Positions 1-12,334 of a stretch of DNA of 64,000 bases are shown here, piece after piece. A model generated the notes under the pieces. That model searched no databases and was not told the DNA's origin. It saw only the letters and a list, made by a program, of their open reading frames with translations. Source of the DNA: Chiloscyllium plagiosum (Eukaryota). A program made the translations under genes and the position numbers. Position 1 is the first letter of the stretch. Every line of letters begins with the position of its first letter. The stretch lies in contig NC_057720.1 of NCBI RefSeq assembly GCF_004010195.1, positions 18,862,538 to 18,926,537 of the forward strand. Direction: 5' to 3'.

Positions 1-1039
1 ATCAGAAGAGAACCTGTTTGATTGTGTCAGATGCTTGGGAAAAGCATGTGCAGAGAACGTTTGCAACTTCAGTAAGGACGACAAACTGTTAATGCTCCCC
101 TGGTGCTTAAGGTCAGTTGTAGTGCTGAAGGTGACTTGAATTGAAGACAATCAAGGGTACGACTGTTGGCACGTTAAATTTGGAAGCTTTGGGAAGCATG
201 GTGGGTGCTAGAACATTAGAAAATATGCCACACTTAGTTCCATTCGCATCAACAAATGGCACTTCAAACTGTACCTCAACATCTTAAGGAGGATTCTGAA
301 CCTTTGTGGCCTTAAATGTATTGAAACTGAATTTCTGCCACTCACTCTGAGGCTGTGCATGAGCATGCTTACCATTATTAAATTCTTTGAGCGATAAGGC
401 TGGTTACTCTTCTCCACCATAGTCATGTTAATGCCTCTGGCTTTTCAGTTTTGCTGCATTTCCAGTTTTTTTTTGCAGACTGCAGGGGAATTTTAGGTGT
501 GAAAATAGCAAGGCTTCTGCTAAATTGCTTGGCTCAAAGAAAAGAATGGTATATAAGTGTATCCAGATCCATTGTTTATTCCTATGTTGGTATCTTAATA
601 AAAACTTGGCATTTACTGAACTATTTCATTTATAAGACCTTTATTGAAACAGACAAACTGATTTTTTATTAAAAGAATTACATTTACGATCAAAAGGTAA
701 ACTTTACTGTAAGTAATCAATGTTAACAACGTTACCTTGCATAGTTGCAAGCACACACATCACTTTCCGCACAAATATGTGACCATGCGCCGTCTCATAG
801 TCTGTATTGTGTAGTGTCTGTCACTTCACACTCAATAATTTTGGTCCTGAGTCACATTTACCAATAGCTGTAATCCATCTGAAGCCCCAGCTGTTGTTGC
901 CCCCCAACAAAACACATTACGAACCCTGTGTCTTTCAAATTTTCGAATGGTGTTGCGTGAAACTAGTAGTTAGTCAAAGAAAGCTAAATATCGGGTAAAT
1001 ATTAATCTACTCTCTGAAATGATTAGCACGTTCATTGAC

Positions 1040-2150
1040 ACAGAGATTCAAGGAAATATTCCAGCCAATTATTCACAGGATGGCTCCCCAGGACATCACC
1101 GCAGAAGTAACTCAGGGCAGTGTCCTTGACCCTCATTCTCAATGACCTTGTTTCCGTCAAATGGTCAGAAGTCGAGATGTTCACTGATCATTAAACACGG
1201 GCTGATAAGTGGCAAATAACTTGTCCCACTCAAGCGCCAAGTGATGACCAACTTGCACAAGAGGCGGTGGCGTGGTGGTTCAGTGGTTAGCACTGCTGCC
1301 TCACAATGCCCCGTGACCGGGGTTTGATTCCAGTCATCAGGCGGAGTTTGCACATTCTCACCCAGTTTCCTCTGGGTGCTCTGGTTTTTTTCCCACAATC
1401 CAAAGATGTGCAGGTCAGGTGAATTGGCCAGGCTAAATTGCGCATAGTGTTCAAGGATGTGGAGGTTAGCTGCATCAGTCAGGGGTAAATATAGGGTAGG
1501 GGCAATGGGTCTGGGTGGGTTACTCTTCGGAGGGTCTGTGTGGATTTGTTGGGCCAAAGGCCCTGTTTCCACACTGTAGGGATTCAATTCTATTAAAGAG
1601 AGAACCTAACCATCTTCTCTTGATACTCATTAGATTATAATTTCTAAATCCCCCACTATCAACTTCCTGAGGGCTTACTGTTGACCGGGAATTGTAAATG
1701 AACCAGCCATATAAGTACAGTGGCCACAAGAGCGTGTTGGAGTTCAGACAATTTACAGTGACCTTCTGTCTCCCCAACACCCAACCACCACTCTACACGG
1801 CATGGGTCAGAAGTGGGATGGAATGCTTTCCATTTGCCTGCGCGGGGAAAGCTCAAATGACACTTCAGAAACAGAACACCATCCAGAACAAAACAGCCCA
1901 CTAGATTGACACCACATCAATCAACCTCAACATTCACTGTCTTCACCATGTGCTCACTATGAAAGCAGTGTGTACATCCATCAGCTGCTAGTCTTTCTCC
2001 AAGCCATACACTGCCATGACTTGGAAATATATTGCCATTCCTTCGCTATCACTGGGTCAAAATCTTGTGGATCAAGAAGGCAGCTCACCACCACCTTCTT
2101 AAGGACAACTTGGGATGTGTAATAAACGCTGGCTTGAACAGTGATGCCCA
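1040..2150 (+). mobile_element. Old CR1/L2-clade LINE 3' fragment, split by a SINE at ~1262-1590
   Basis: Degenerate RT motif (QDITAEVTQGSVLDP, equivalent to [10 protein letters not shown]) near 1070-1110. The 3' end 'aagaaggcagctcaccaccaccttct..aataaa' recurs at 9500-9810, 42240-43180 and (reversed) 5540-5760 and 60240-60400. Ends approximate. Confidence 0.6.
1262..1590 (+). mobile_element. tRNA-derived SINE (HE1-like elasmobranch SINE)
   Basis: Head with A-box-like 'ggttcagtggttagcactgctgcctcac' and B-box-like 'ggtttgattcc'; LINE-like tail 'gggccaaaggccctgtttccacactgtagggattc'; several copies in the window. Confidence 0.85.
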
Positions 2151-2154
2151 AAAC

Positions 2155-3270
2155 TGTCACAGAGTCACAGAGATGTACAGTGTGGAAACAGACTCTTCGG
2201 TTCAAGTCATCCATTCAGACCAGATATCCTGAATTAATCCAATCCCATTTGCCAGCACTTGACCCATATCCCTCTCAACCCATCCTATAAATTTACTCAT
2301 CCAGATGCCTTTTAAATGTTGTAGTTATACCAGCTTTAGCCACTTCCTCTGGCAGCTCATTCCATACACACATCACCCTTTGTGTGAAAAAGTTGCCCTT
2401 TAGGTCCCTTTTAAATCTTTCCCCTCTCACCCCAAACCTATGCTCTCCACTTCTGAACTCCCCCACACCAGGGAAAAGACTTTGGTCTATTTACCCCATC
2501 CATGCTCCTCATGATTTTATAGACCGCTATAAGATCACCCCTCAGCCTCTGATGCTCCAGGGAAAATAGCCCCAACCTGTTCAGCCTCTCCCTATAGTTC
2601 AAATCCTCCAAGGAGAAAGTGAGGACTGCAGATGCTGGGATCTAAGTCAAGAGTGTCGTGCAGGAAAAGCACAGCAGGTCAGGCAGCATCTCAGGAGCAG
2701 GAGAATCAATGTTTCAGGCATAAGCCTTTCATCAGGAGTGTAAGTATATAAGTCCTGCCCTGATTTGCCTTTTCAAAATGCAGCACTTCACATTAATCTA
2801 AATTAAACTCTATCTGCTACTCCTCTGCCCATTGGCCCATCTGATCAAGATCCCATTGTACTCTGCGGTAACCTTCTTTGCTGTCCACTACACCTCCAAT
2901 TTTGATGTCGTAGAGACATCAAGATGTACAGCACAGAAACCAACCCTTTGGTCCAACTCGTCCATGCTGACAAGGTATCCTAAATTAATCTAAATCCATT
3001 TACCATCATTTGGCCCAGATCCCTCCAACCCCTTCCTATTCACGTGCCCATCCAGATGACTTTTAAATGTCATCTGCAAATTTACTAACTATACCTTCTA
3101 TGTTCATATCTGAATCATTTACATAAATAACAAAAAGCAGTGGACCCAGCACCGTTCCTTGTAGCATACCACTGATCACAGGCCTCCAGTCTGAAAAACA
3201 ACCTTCCAACACTACCCTCTGTCTTCTACCTTCGAGCCAGTTCTGTATTCAAATGGTTAGTTCTTCCATC
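2155..3270 (-). mobile_element. CR1 LINE 3' fragments (nested), with a short Penelope pseudo-LTR piece at ~2612-2738
   Basis: Reverse complement of the CR1 3' end seen at 25200-25718 (tail 'gtcacagagtcacagagatgtacag'); second CR1 tail nested at ~2908. Confidence 0.85.
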
Positions 3271-3519
3271 TAATGAATTTTTTTTAGAAACAGGAGGCAG
3301 TAATGACTTACAAACACAAACGGATTTCTTTCTTCCACACTGATCATTTATGAACATTAATTGATCTACTTAATTACAAGTTCATTATTTTCTGAAAAAC
3401 CAAGTCATTTTAACTACATAAAAATAATTGGGCAATACATGGTGGACTAAAAGGGAAGATCAAACATTGAGCCATCAGGCAATTGTGAAACAGCACAATT
3501 CCATTTTTCTGACAATGAG

Positions 3520-4262
3520 CGTAATAGGATCCCAAGAATAATCACAATTTTGAAGATAGCAGGTGACCTTCAATGCAGAGACATGTGAGATGATGCAATT
3601 TGGTCAGAAGAACATTGAAAAACAATATGAAATAGTGATATAGAGTTCTAAAGGGGTACAGGAGCAGAGGGAATTGGGTGCATCTGTGCACAGATCATTA
3701 AAAGGGACAGGACAAGTGGAGAGAGCAGTAAGTAAAGCATACAGTGTTCTCAACTTTATCAATAGGGGGATAGTATGCAAGACCAAGGAGGTGATGTCGA
3801 ACTTGCACAAGACACTTGGTAGACCTCAGCTGTATACAGTTGTGTTTGCCACATTATAGGAAATACATGAATGCATTGAAGAGAGCGCAGAAGTGCTTTA
3901 CAAGAATGACTCCAGGGAAGAGGAAAATTAATTCTGAGGATAGACTGAGGAAGTTGGAATTGTTCTCCTTGGAGAGATGAAGGCTGAGAAAAGATTTGTT
4001 AGAGGTTTTCAAAATCATAATTGGGCTGGATAGAGTGGATAGGGAGGAACTGTTCCTGGTCGCACAAAGATTAAGATCAAGAGGTCATAGATTTAATGCA
4101 AACTGCAGAAGATGCAGGGGTGAAATGAGCATAAATCTTTTCACTCTGATAGTGAGGGTGTGGAATGAACTGCCTAGAAATGTGTGGAGGCAGGTTCATT
4201 TGGGGCAGTCAAGAGTGCATTAGATGATTATTTGAATCGAAATATTGTGCAAAGGCATAGGG
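3520..4262 (+). mobile_element. CR1 LINE ORF2 C-terminal fragment (decayed)
   Basis: ORFs 3674-3859 (VERAVSKAYSVLNFINRGI..) and 3996-4223 (EVFKIIIGLDRVDREELF..RGHRF..VRVWNELP) are typical CR1 ORF2 C-termini. Confidence 0.85.
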
Positions 4263-4267
4263 AAAGC

Positions 4268-5260
4268 AGGAGAAAGTGAGGACTGCAGATGCTGGAGATC
4301 AAAGTCAAAAAATGTGATGCTGGAAAAGCACGGCCGGTCAGGCAGCATCTAAGCAGTAGGGCAGTCGACGTTTCGAGTTGGAAGGACAATGGGCAAGTAG
4401 GACAGTTCAAGAGGACACTGCCAAATTGGAGGGTTGGATCTGCGATGAGGTGGGTGCAGAGGAGATGAGGAAACTGGTGAAATCGACATTGATTCCATGT
4501 GGTTGGAGGGCCCCAAGGCTGAAGATGACGTGTTCTTCCTCCAATTGTCAGGTAGCTAGGATTTGGCAATGGAGGAGGCCCAGGACTTACATGTCCTTGG
4601 TGGAGTGGGAGAGGGATTGTAAGTGATCGGCCACAGGGCGGTGGGTTTTTTTAAGTGTGTGTCTCCCAGAGATATTTTCTGAAACGTTCCACAAATTGGT
4701 GTCCTGTCTTCCCAATGTAGAGCAGATCACATCAAGAGCAACAGACACAGTAGCTGAGGTGTTTGGAGGTGCAGGAAAATCTCTGCCGGATGTGAAAGGA
4801 TTCTTTGTGGCCTTGGATGGAGGTGAGGGGAAGGTGTGGGCACAGGTTTTACACCTCTTGGGGTGGCAATTGAAGGTGTCAGGAGGTGGAGGGTGGGTAG
4901 GGCAGGATCATAAGACACAGAATTTATGCTTTAATTGTTTTAATTGCATGACACTGTGATCTTTTACTGTAAGTTCTGTGTCTTATGATCCTGCCCCACT
5001 AGTTAAGGAGCTCTGCTCTGAAAGATAGTGCTTCCAAATAAACTTGTTGGATTATAACCTGGTGTTGTGCTCTATTCCTGATGAAGGGCTTTTGCCCGAA
5101 AGGTCAATTTTCCTGCTTCTTGGATACTGCCTGACCTGCTGTGCTTTTCCAGCACCACTCTAATCCAGACTTGGGTTTCCAGCATCTGCAGTCCTCGTTC
5201 TTATCTATCTGATTTTTAACTTTGTCCACTCCAGTCCAACACCGGCACCTCCACATCAGG
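4268..5260. mobile_element. Cluster of Penelope-like element (PLE) fragments
   Basis: Minus strand 4268-4905 carries the GIY-YIG region and pseudo-LTR (..LQPWGPPTTWNQCRFHQF..). Two other PLE pseudo-LTR types lie at 4905-5260. Confidence 0.75.
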
Positions 5261-6344
5261 ACTGATATATTAAGAGACACTAGATCAGTTAAGACAAGGG
5301 CTTACAAAAATGTGGGGTATCTCATACAAAACCTATAAAACTTCAACAGGAATAGATAGGGTAAGCACAGGCAGGATGTTTGGGGAGTCCAGAAACGGGG
5401 GTCACAATTTAAAGATATGGGGCAGGCCATTTAGAACTAGGAGTGGTAAGCCTGTGGAATTCTCTGCCACAGAAAGCAGTTGAATTCAAAACATTGAATG
5501 TTTTCAGGAAAGAGATAGATATAGTTGTCATGGATATAGGGGTTGTCCGTTTCTAGTTGCCCTTGAGAAGGTAAGCTACCTTCTGGAACTGTTGCAGTCC
5601 ATGTTGATGTAGATACACCCACAATTCCATTGGGAAGGGAGGTCCACGATTATGACCCAGCTACACTGAAGGATAGACTTCCAAGTCAGAATGGTGAGTG
5701 GCTTGGAGGTTGACTTGTAGGCAGTGGTGTTCCCATGTATCTGCAGCCCTTGTCCTTCTAGATGTTGCTCCCAATCCATCCAACAGTGGAATGATTTTTT
5801 GTTGTCTACTTTGTTTGGATGCTTCACAGTTTTAAGTACCGCAATCAAATCTCCTTCTAATCTTCTCCAAGGAAAACAATTACATGAAATTTCTCATTCC
5901 TGGAACCACTCTTGTGAATCTTTTCTGTATTTTCTCTCATGTCTTCCCTAAAGTGCAACACCTAAAACTGAATACAATAGTCAAGTTGAGACTGATCCAG
6001 ATTACGGGCTTATTAATCAAACATTCATTCCATCTCATTAATCTACATTGCAAGAACTGAACTGAATTAGCCATATAAATATAATGGCGACGAGAGTAGA
6101 CCAGAGGTTAGAAATGTTGTAGCGAGTAATTCACCTCGCCTCTTGGCTTCCCAAAGTCTGTCCATCATCTACAAGGCACAAGTCAGGAGTATGATGGAAT
6201 ATTCCCCACTTGCCTGGATGGAGAGTAGCTCCAATAACATTCAAGAAGCTTGACACCATCCAAGACACTGCAGGCCACTTGATTGGCAACACATCCACAA
6301 ACATCCACTCCCTCGATCACCAACCATACATGCACACATTCATG

Positions 6345-6650
6345 CTGGGTTTGAATCCCACCCACTCCAACCTCTCACCTTCGGAACGCGCAGCCCTCCA
6401 CTCCCTCCGTTGCAACCCCAACCTCACTATCAAACCAGCAGACAAGGGAGGCGCGGTAGTAGTTTGGCGCACCGACCTCTACACCGCTGAGGCCAAACGC
6501 CAGCTCGCAGATACCTCCTCCTACTGCCCCCTTGACCATGACCCCACCCCCCACCACCAAACCATCATCTCCCAGACCGTCCATAACCTCATCACCTCGG
6601 GGGATCTCCCATCCACCGCCTCCAACCTCATAGTCCCACAACCCCGCACC
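6345..6650 (+). mobile_element. Penelope-like element RT N-terminal fragment
   Basis: NLSPSERAALHSLRCNPNLTIKPADKGGAVVVWRTDLYTAEAKRQLADTSSY: the 'IKPADKG' motif is characteristic of PLE RTs. Confidence 0.9.
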
Positions 6651-7598
6651 NNNNNNNNNNNNNNNNNNNNNNNNNNNNNNNNNNNNNNNNNNNNNNNNNN
6701 NNNNNNNNNNNNNNNNNNNNNNNNNNNNNNNNNNNNNNNNNNNNNNNNNNNNNNNNNNNNNNNNNNNNNNNNNNNNNNNNNNNNNNNNNNNNNNNNNNNN
6801 NNNNNNNNNNNNNNNNNNNNNNNNNNNNNNNNNNNNNNNNNNNNNNNNNNNNNNNNNNNNNNNNNNNNNNNNNNNNNNNNNNNNNNNNNNNNNNNNNNNN
6901 NNNNNNNNNNNNNNNNNNNNNNNNNNNNNNNNNNNNNNNNNNNNNNNNNNNNNNNNNNNNNNNNNNNNNNNNNNNNNNNNNNNNNNNNNNNNNNNNNNNN
7001 NNNNNNNNNNNNNNNNNNNNNNNNNNNNNNNNNNNNNNNNNNNNNNNNNNNNNNNNNNNNNNNNNNNNNNNNNNNNNNNNNNNNNNNNNNNNNNNNNNNN
7101 NNNNNNNNNNNNNNNNNNNNNNNNNNNNNNNNNNNNNNNNNNNNNNNNNNNNNNNNNNNNNNNNNNNNNNNNNNNNNNNNNNNNNNNNNNNNNNNNNNNN
7201 NNNNNNNNNNNNNNNNNNNNNNNNNNNNNNNNNNNNNNNNNNNNNNNNNNNNNNNNNNNNNNNNNNNNNNNNNNNNNNNNNNNNNNNNNNNNNNNNNNNN
7301 NNNNNNNNNNNNNNNNNNNNNNNNNNNNNNNNNNNNNNNNNNNNNNNNNNNNNNNNNNNNNNNNNNNNNNNNNNNNNNNNNNNNNNNNNNNNNNNNNNNN
7401 NNNNNNNNNNNNNNNNNNNNNNNNNNNNNNNNNNNNNNNNNNNNNNNNNNNNNNNNNNNNNNNNNNNNNNNNNNNNNNNNNNNNNNNNNNNNNNNNNNNN
7501 NNNNNNNNNNNNNNNNNNNNNNNNNNNNNNNNNNNNNNNNNNNNNNNNNNNNNNNNNNNNNNNNNNNNNNNNNNNNNNNNNNNNNNNNNNNNNNNNNN
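6651..7598. other. Assembly gap (N run)
   Basis: Ns in sequence. Confidence 1.
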
Positions 7599-7772
7599 TC
7601 CGCAAGTAGGCGGGCTGTCTCCCCAATATAGAGGAGGCCACATCGGGTACAGGGGATGCAATAGATGATATGTGTGGAGGTACAGGTGAATCTGTGGCGG
7701 ATATGGAAGTTTCCTTTGGGGCCTTGGAGGGAGGTGAGAGGGGAGGTGTGGGCGCAAGTCTTGCACCTCCTG
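7599..7772 (-). mobile_element. Penelope-like element GIY-YIG endonuclease fragment
   Basis: CKTCAHTSP..RFTCTSTHIIYCIPCTRCGLLYIGET (Cys/His linker plus IIY..YIGET). Confidence 0.9.
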
Positions 7773-7914
7773 TTTAAGCAGTCTTGACTATATTGATAAG
7801 ACAGTGAAAATGAGATTAGATTGCTACCCTCGTGAGATATGGCAGCTGGTCTATGAAAATTCATCTCATGCACAAGCCAAAACACACCATTTTTGATCAC
7901 TATGTCCTGATAGA

Positions 7915-8155
7915 ATCTTCTTCCCGACCTCTCCGCCCCCACCCCAATCTGTCCTATCACCCTCACCTTGACCTTTTTCCACCTATCACATTTCCCACGC
8001 CCCTCCCCCAAGTCCCTCCTCCCTATCTTTTATCTTTGCCTGCTGGACAAACTTTCCTCATTCCTGAAGAAGGGCTAATGCCCGAAACGTCGATTCTCCT
8101 GTTCCCTAGATGCTGCCTGACCTGCTGCGCTTCTCCAGCAACACATTTCCATCTT
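7915..8155 (+). mobile_element. Penelope pseudo-LTR fragment with hammerhead core
   Basis: Pyrimidine-rich tract followed by CTGAAGA-A-GGGC-TAAT-GCCC-GAAA-CGTC at 8064-8091; multi-copy in window. Confidence 0.75.
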
Positions 8156-8304
8156 TGAATCCCATCAGTCAAGACATTGTTTTGTGGTGTGCTTGCTGGG
8201 GTAGTGCGGTCGAACAGCCTAAGGTTCTGGATTAAGGCTCCAGTCACTATTGAGTTGTGGGTTCAAATCCTACCCCTCCTGAAGCCCCAGATTTTAAAAA
8301 AAAT

Positions 8305-8570
8305 TAGATTCCCTACAGCGTGGAACCAATCCACACCAACCCTCCAAAGAGTAACCCACCAAGACTCATTTCCCCTCTAACTACTGCATCTAACACTATG
8401 GGCAATTTTCCATGGCCAATTCACCTGATCTGCACAAGGAAACTGTAGCACCCCATGCAGATATGAGGAGAATGTGCAAACTCCACACAGACAGTTGCCT
8501 AAGGCTGGAATTAAATGTGGGACCCTGGTGCTGTGAGACAGCAGTGCTAACCACTGAGCCACCATGCCAC
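8305..8570 (-). mobile_element. tRNA-derived SINE (HE1-like)
   Basis: Reverse complement of the SINE at 1262-1590. Confidence 0.85.
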
Positions 8571-9940
8571 CCTAAGGTGATATGCCCCAATAGGGCATTG
8601 CCAAGACTACAGACCTTCAGCTTAGTAGTGACTACTTTTGATCAGAAGAACAAGGAGAGACTGGAACAAGATTTTCAGTGAAATACTTTTAACCTGAGAG
8701 TGAAGAAATATTCACTGGGTCACATTCATTAAATATTAACTGAGTACAGTATCTTAGATCCATTTAGAATTGTTGTCTACTCTACAGTTCTGTTCACTCA
8801 AAAATAAGCCTTACAGCTGACTGCTCCATTAATAACAGTGTCTCAGCCACATTTCACATGGGAAACAAACCTATCAATGATCCTCTGGTCCCGGCTCAGC
8901 ACAGAGTGAGACAGGGACAAGCATCAGGATTTGACCCAGCACTCTCCAATCCTCTGCTGCCAGCAGAAAGTGGCCGCTGCAGGCTTCAGTTGGCAGCTTC
9001 TTCCAAGCCGGGCTCAGCCTCCCAATACACTGAGCATGGGCTCAGGAAATTGCAGGGAGATTATATCCCATTTAACTAAACCACAGAGCAGCATTGACAC
9101 AATCCAAGTGAGTGAAGCATTCTCTCAGCTTCATTCACGATACCTTGGCTGAAACTTCTAGAAACTCGCTCCTCATGATGTGTCCTTCTCAAGTGAAAGG
9201 GGCTAAAATTTTGTTAAACATGGCCCCAGGTGCAGCAGATTCTTCCTTTCCTGAAAACCTTTTTAACTGAATTCTGAAAATTCAGTCTCCAAAATGAGAA
9301 GTGGCAAACATTGCTTGAACAGAGAATGGATTTGACTTTGCAGACAGATGAGCATTTCTTAAAGTCTGTAACAGAAATGACTAGGTTTATTAAAGCAGAT
9401 TCACAGATTTATTCACTGTCTGGAAGTTGCACAGGCTGCTGCCCTATTGTCTGACTCTATGACACTCAGTAGCAGTACTGCATACTATCTGTAAAATGGA
9501 TTACAGAAATTCACCAAGGCTCCTTAGACAGCACCTTCCAAATCCATGTTCATTACCATCTAAAAGGACAAGGGCAACAAATACTTGGGAGCACCACTCC
9601 TTGCAATTTCCCCTTCAGTCACGCGTCATCGTGACAGGGAAACATATGACCGTCCCTTCAGTGTCGCCAAGTCAAAATCCTAGACGGCATTGTGGGTGTA
9701 CCACATTACACCATATGGGCTACAGCGGTTCAGAAGGCAGCTCGCCCCCACCTTCTCACGGGTAATTTTGGATTGGCAATAAAAGCTGACAAAGCCAGTG
9801 ACACCACATCCCAATAATGAATTTAAAACGGTAACATAGAATTGCCAGGGATCAGGCGTACAGAATCATGACTGAAACTCGACTCTTAAACAGTGTGATT
9901 TTAAAGGATTGTCTCCCAACATTTAGGCATTCTAAATCTA

Positions 9941-10073
9941 CTTCCTGAAGAAGGGCTAATGCCCGAAACGTCGATTCTCCTGTTCCCTAGATGCTGCCTG
10001 ACCTGCTGCGCTTCTCCAGCAACACATTTCCATCTCTGATCTCCAGCATCTGCAGACCTCATTTTCTCTTCAA
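9941..10073 (+). mobile_element. Short Penelope pseudo-LTR insertion with 14-bp TSD
   Basis: Flanked by gcattctaaatcta at 9927-9940 and 10074-10087; hammerhead core at 9945-9972. Confidence 0.85.
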
Positions 10074-11471
10074 GCATTCTAAATCTAGCCTATCTACAAG
10101 GAGAACATTTGATTCAATGAGTTTCATGATAATCCTAGCATGCCATTTAATTCCCCACCCAGCTATTAATCAATTTTAATGTATCATTAACTTAACAACC
10201 AAAATGAAATATCACCTCAGTGCTGACCTTTGGGTCTACTCTTGGTTTGTTTTATAAAGCAGTGTTGAAATCAAAAAGCCAAATCTTTAAAAAAAACTTG
10301 ACAATTAATGTCGGCTAGTCCTATTCAATCAGTTATGAAAATTGTTTTACAATATCTGAATTAAAGTGAAAGGACAGAGCTTGAAGGTCCCAGAGCTAAA
10401 TTGAACTTACACGTATCAAAAGCTGGTGATAATGTTGAGTTTCTAATTGGGAGACTCTTGGTAGTGAGCTTTATACTCAAAGCAACATCAATAACGATTT
10501 CTGTGGGTTGAATTTTCCCACTTATTGGCAAAGCGTTTTTCTCAGGGAGATTCATGGTGGGATGGTGGGTGATGTGTCATGGATAATAATGACTTCTCTC
10601 TTGCAATCTTCCACTCCTCAGCTCATTAATTATACAACAGGCCTCTGCAAGGTCTAACTAATGTAATGGCTCAGGTGGTGGATGTGCTTGCTGTTGTTGG
10701 AAATTTGTCAAGTTCATGCTGCTGGTGCCAGATTTAATCCACATCGCCACGAAATGTGAGACACTGTAGGCCAGAAACTGCCCCCTTCACTCAAGTAAAA
10801 GCAAGGGACTGCAGAGGCTAGAAATCTGAACTACAAGCAGGAAGTGCTGGAAAGAACTCAGCAGGTTTTGCAGCGTCTGCGGAGAGAGAAACAAAGTTAA
10901 TGTTTTGTGACTGAGTTTGGAACTTCAGATTTGAGGAAGTGTGATTTTGGCCTCAAAAGGCAGAGACTGCTGAGTTTCTCCAGCACTTTTTGTTTTTGTC
11001 CCTTACCTTCCAACCCTGCATTGTTGGGATCCAGCCAATAACTCAGGATGGGAAGTCAGCACCCTGATTCACTGGTGGACAATACACTCAGGAGAAGGGT
11101 AGTGCTTTTTTCATCAAAGGAGAGCATTCCATCAAATACAGCCAGTCTGGACCCAGGTCAGTGCAGAGGCCTGGGTTATAAGAAATGCCCAGTGGTGCCA
11201 GAAAAATGTTGAATGGCCTTCTGCCATTTACCTTCAGTTCTGAAGAAAAGACATATTGGATGCTGAGTCTCTTCACAGATGCTGCCAGACCTGCAGAGTT
11301 TCTTCAGTAATCTCTGTGTTTATTTCAGATTTCCAGCATCAATTTGCTTTTGTTCTGATCACCTGCACACTGCAAAGGTAAGTGCTATCATTTTCTGTCT
11401 GCTATTACACACGCACAGGGCCACCACTACTCACTCTAACTTGGTCATTGAGCTCACCTCTCACTAACCCA

Positions 11472-11935
11472 CAGAGTCATAGAGTCATAGAGTCCTACAG
11501 CATGGAGACAGGCTCTTCACTCCAAACTGGTCCATGATGACCAAAATGTCCATCAACATTAACCCCATTTCCCTGCACTTGGCCCATATTCTCCTAAACC
11601 TTTCCTATGTATTTTCCCAAATGCCATTTAAATGTTGTTAATGTACTCACCTCGAACATTTCCGCTGGCAGCTCATTCCAAATGTGTACACCGTCTGTGT
11701 AAAAGGTTGTCCCTCAGGTTCTCTTTTATTCTTTCCCGTCTAACCTTAAACTGATGCCATGTAGTCCTTGATTCCTCAGCCTTGGGAAAAAGACTGAGTG
11801 CATTCACCCTATCCATGCCTCCTGTGATTTTATAAGACCCCCCCACCTCAGGCTCCTACACTTTAAAGAAAAAAAGTCCTAGCTTTTCTAGCCTCTCCCT
11901 ATAACTCAGACCGTTGAGTCCTGGCAACATCCACC
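11472..11935 (-). mobile_element. CR1 LINE 3' end
   Basis: (AGAGTCAT)n tail and homology to 25200-25718. Confidence 0.85.
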
Positions 11936-12334
11936 GCCAAATTCAAGCCACCCGCCGCCCAGAGGAAGGACACCTCATCTTCTGCCTTCGGACCCACCAA
12001 CCACACGGCATCAATGTCGATTTCGTCAGGTTTCTCATTTCCCCTCCCTCGACCTTATCCCAGATCCAACCCTACAACACAACACTGTCCTCTTGAGCTG
12101 TCTCATCTATCCACTCCATCAGTGCACATGGATCAGTGTGTCAATGTATGTAATACTGTGTAGATGGAGCAGTGTGTCATTGTGTCCAGAATGGTGTACA
12201 TGGAACACATTCCTGATGAAGGGCTTAGGCCCAAAATGTTGACTCTCCTTCTCAGATGCTGCCTGACCCGCTGTGCTTTTCCTGCTGCACACTTTTTGAC
12301 TCTGATCTCTAGCATCTGCAGTCCTCACTTTCTC

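Noticed and set aside
1..500. Minus-strand ORF 208-426 and a protein-like alternative frame after an acceptor-like 'cccctgcag'
   Set aside because: All frames after the acceptor hit stops quickly and no family motif is recognisable.
1262..1335. tRNA-like sequence with A and B boxes (also in other copies)
   Set aside because: Head of a multi-copy SINE, not a tRNA gene; no complete cloverleaf.
6210..8011. Long ORFs of 337-496 aa in the ORF track
   Set aside because: Artefacts of translating through the N gap; only the flanks are real Penelope fragments.
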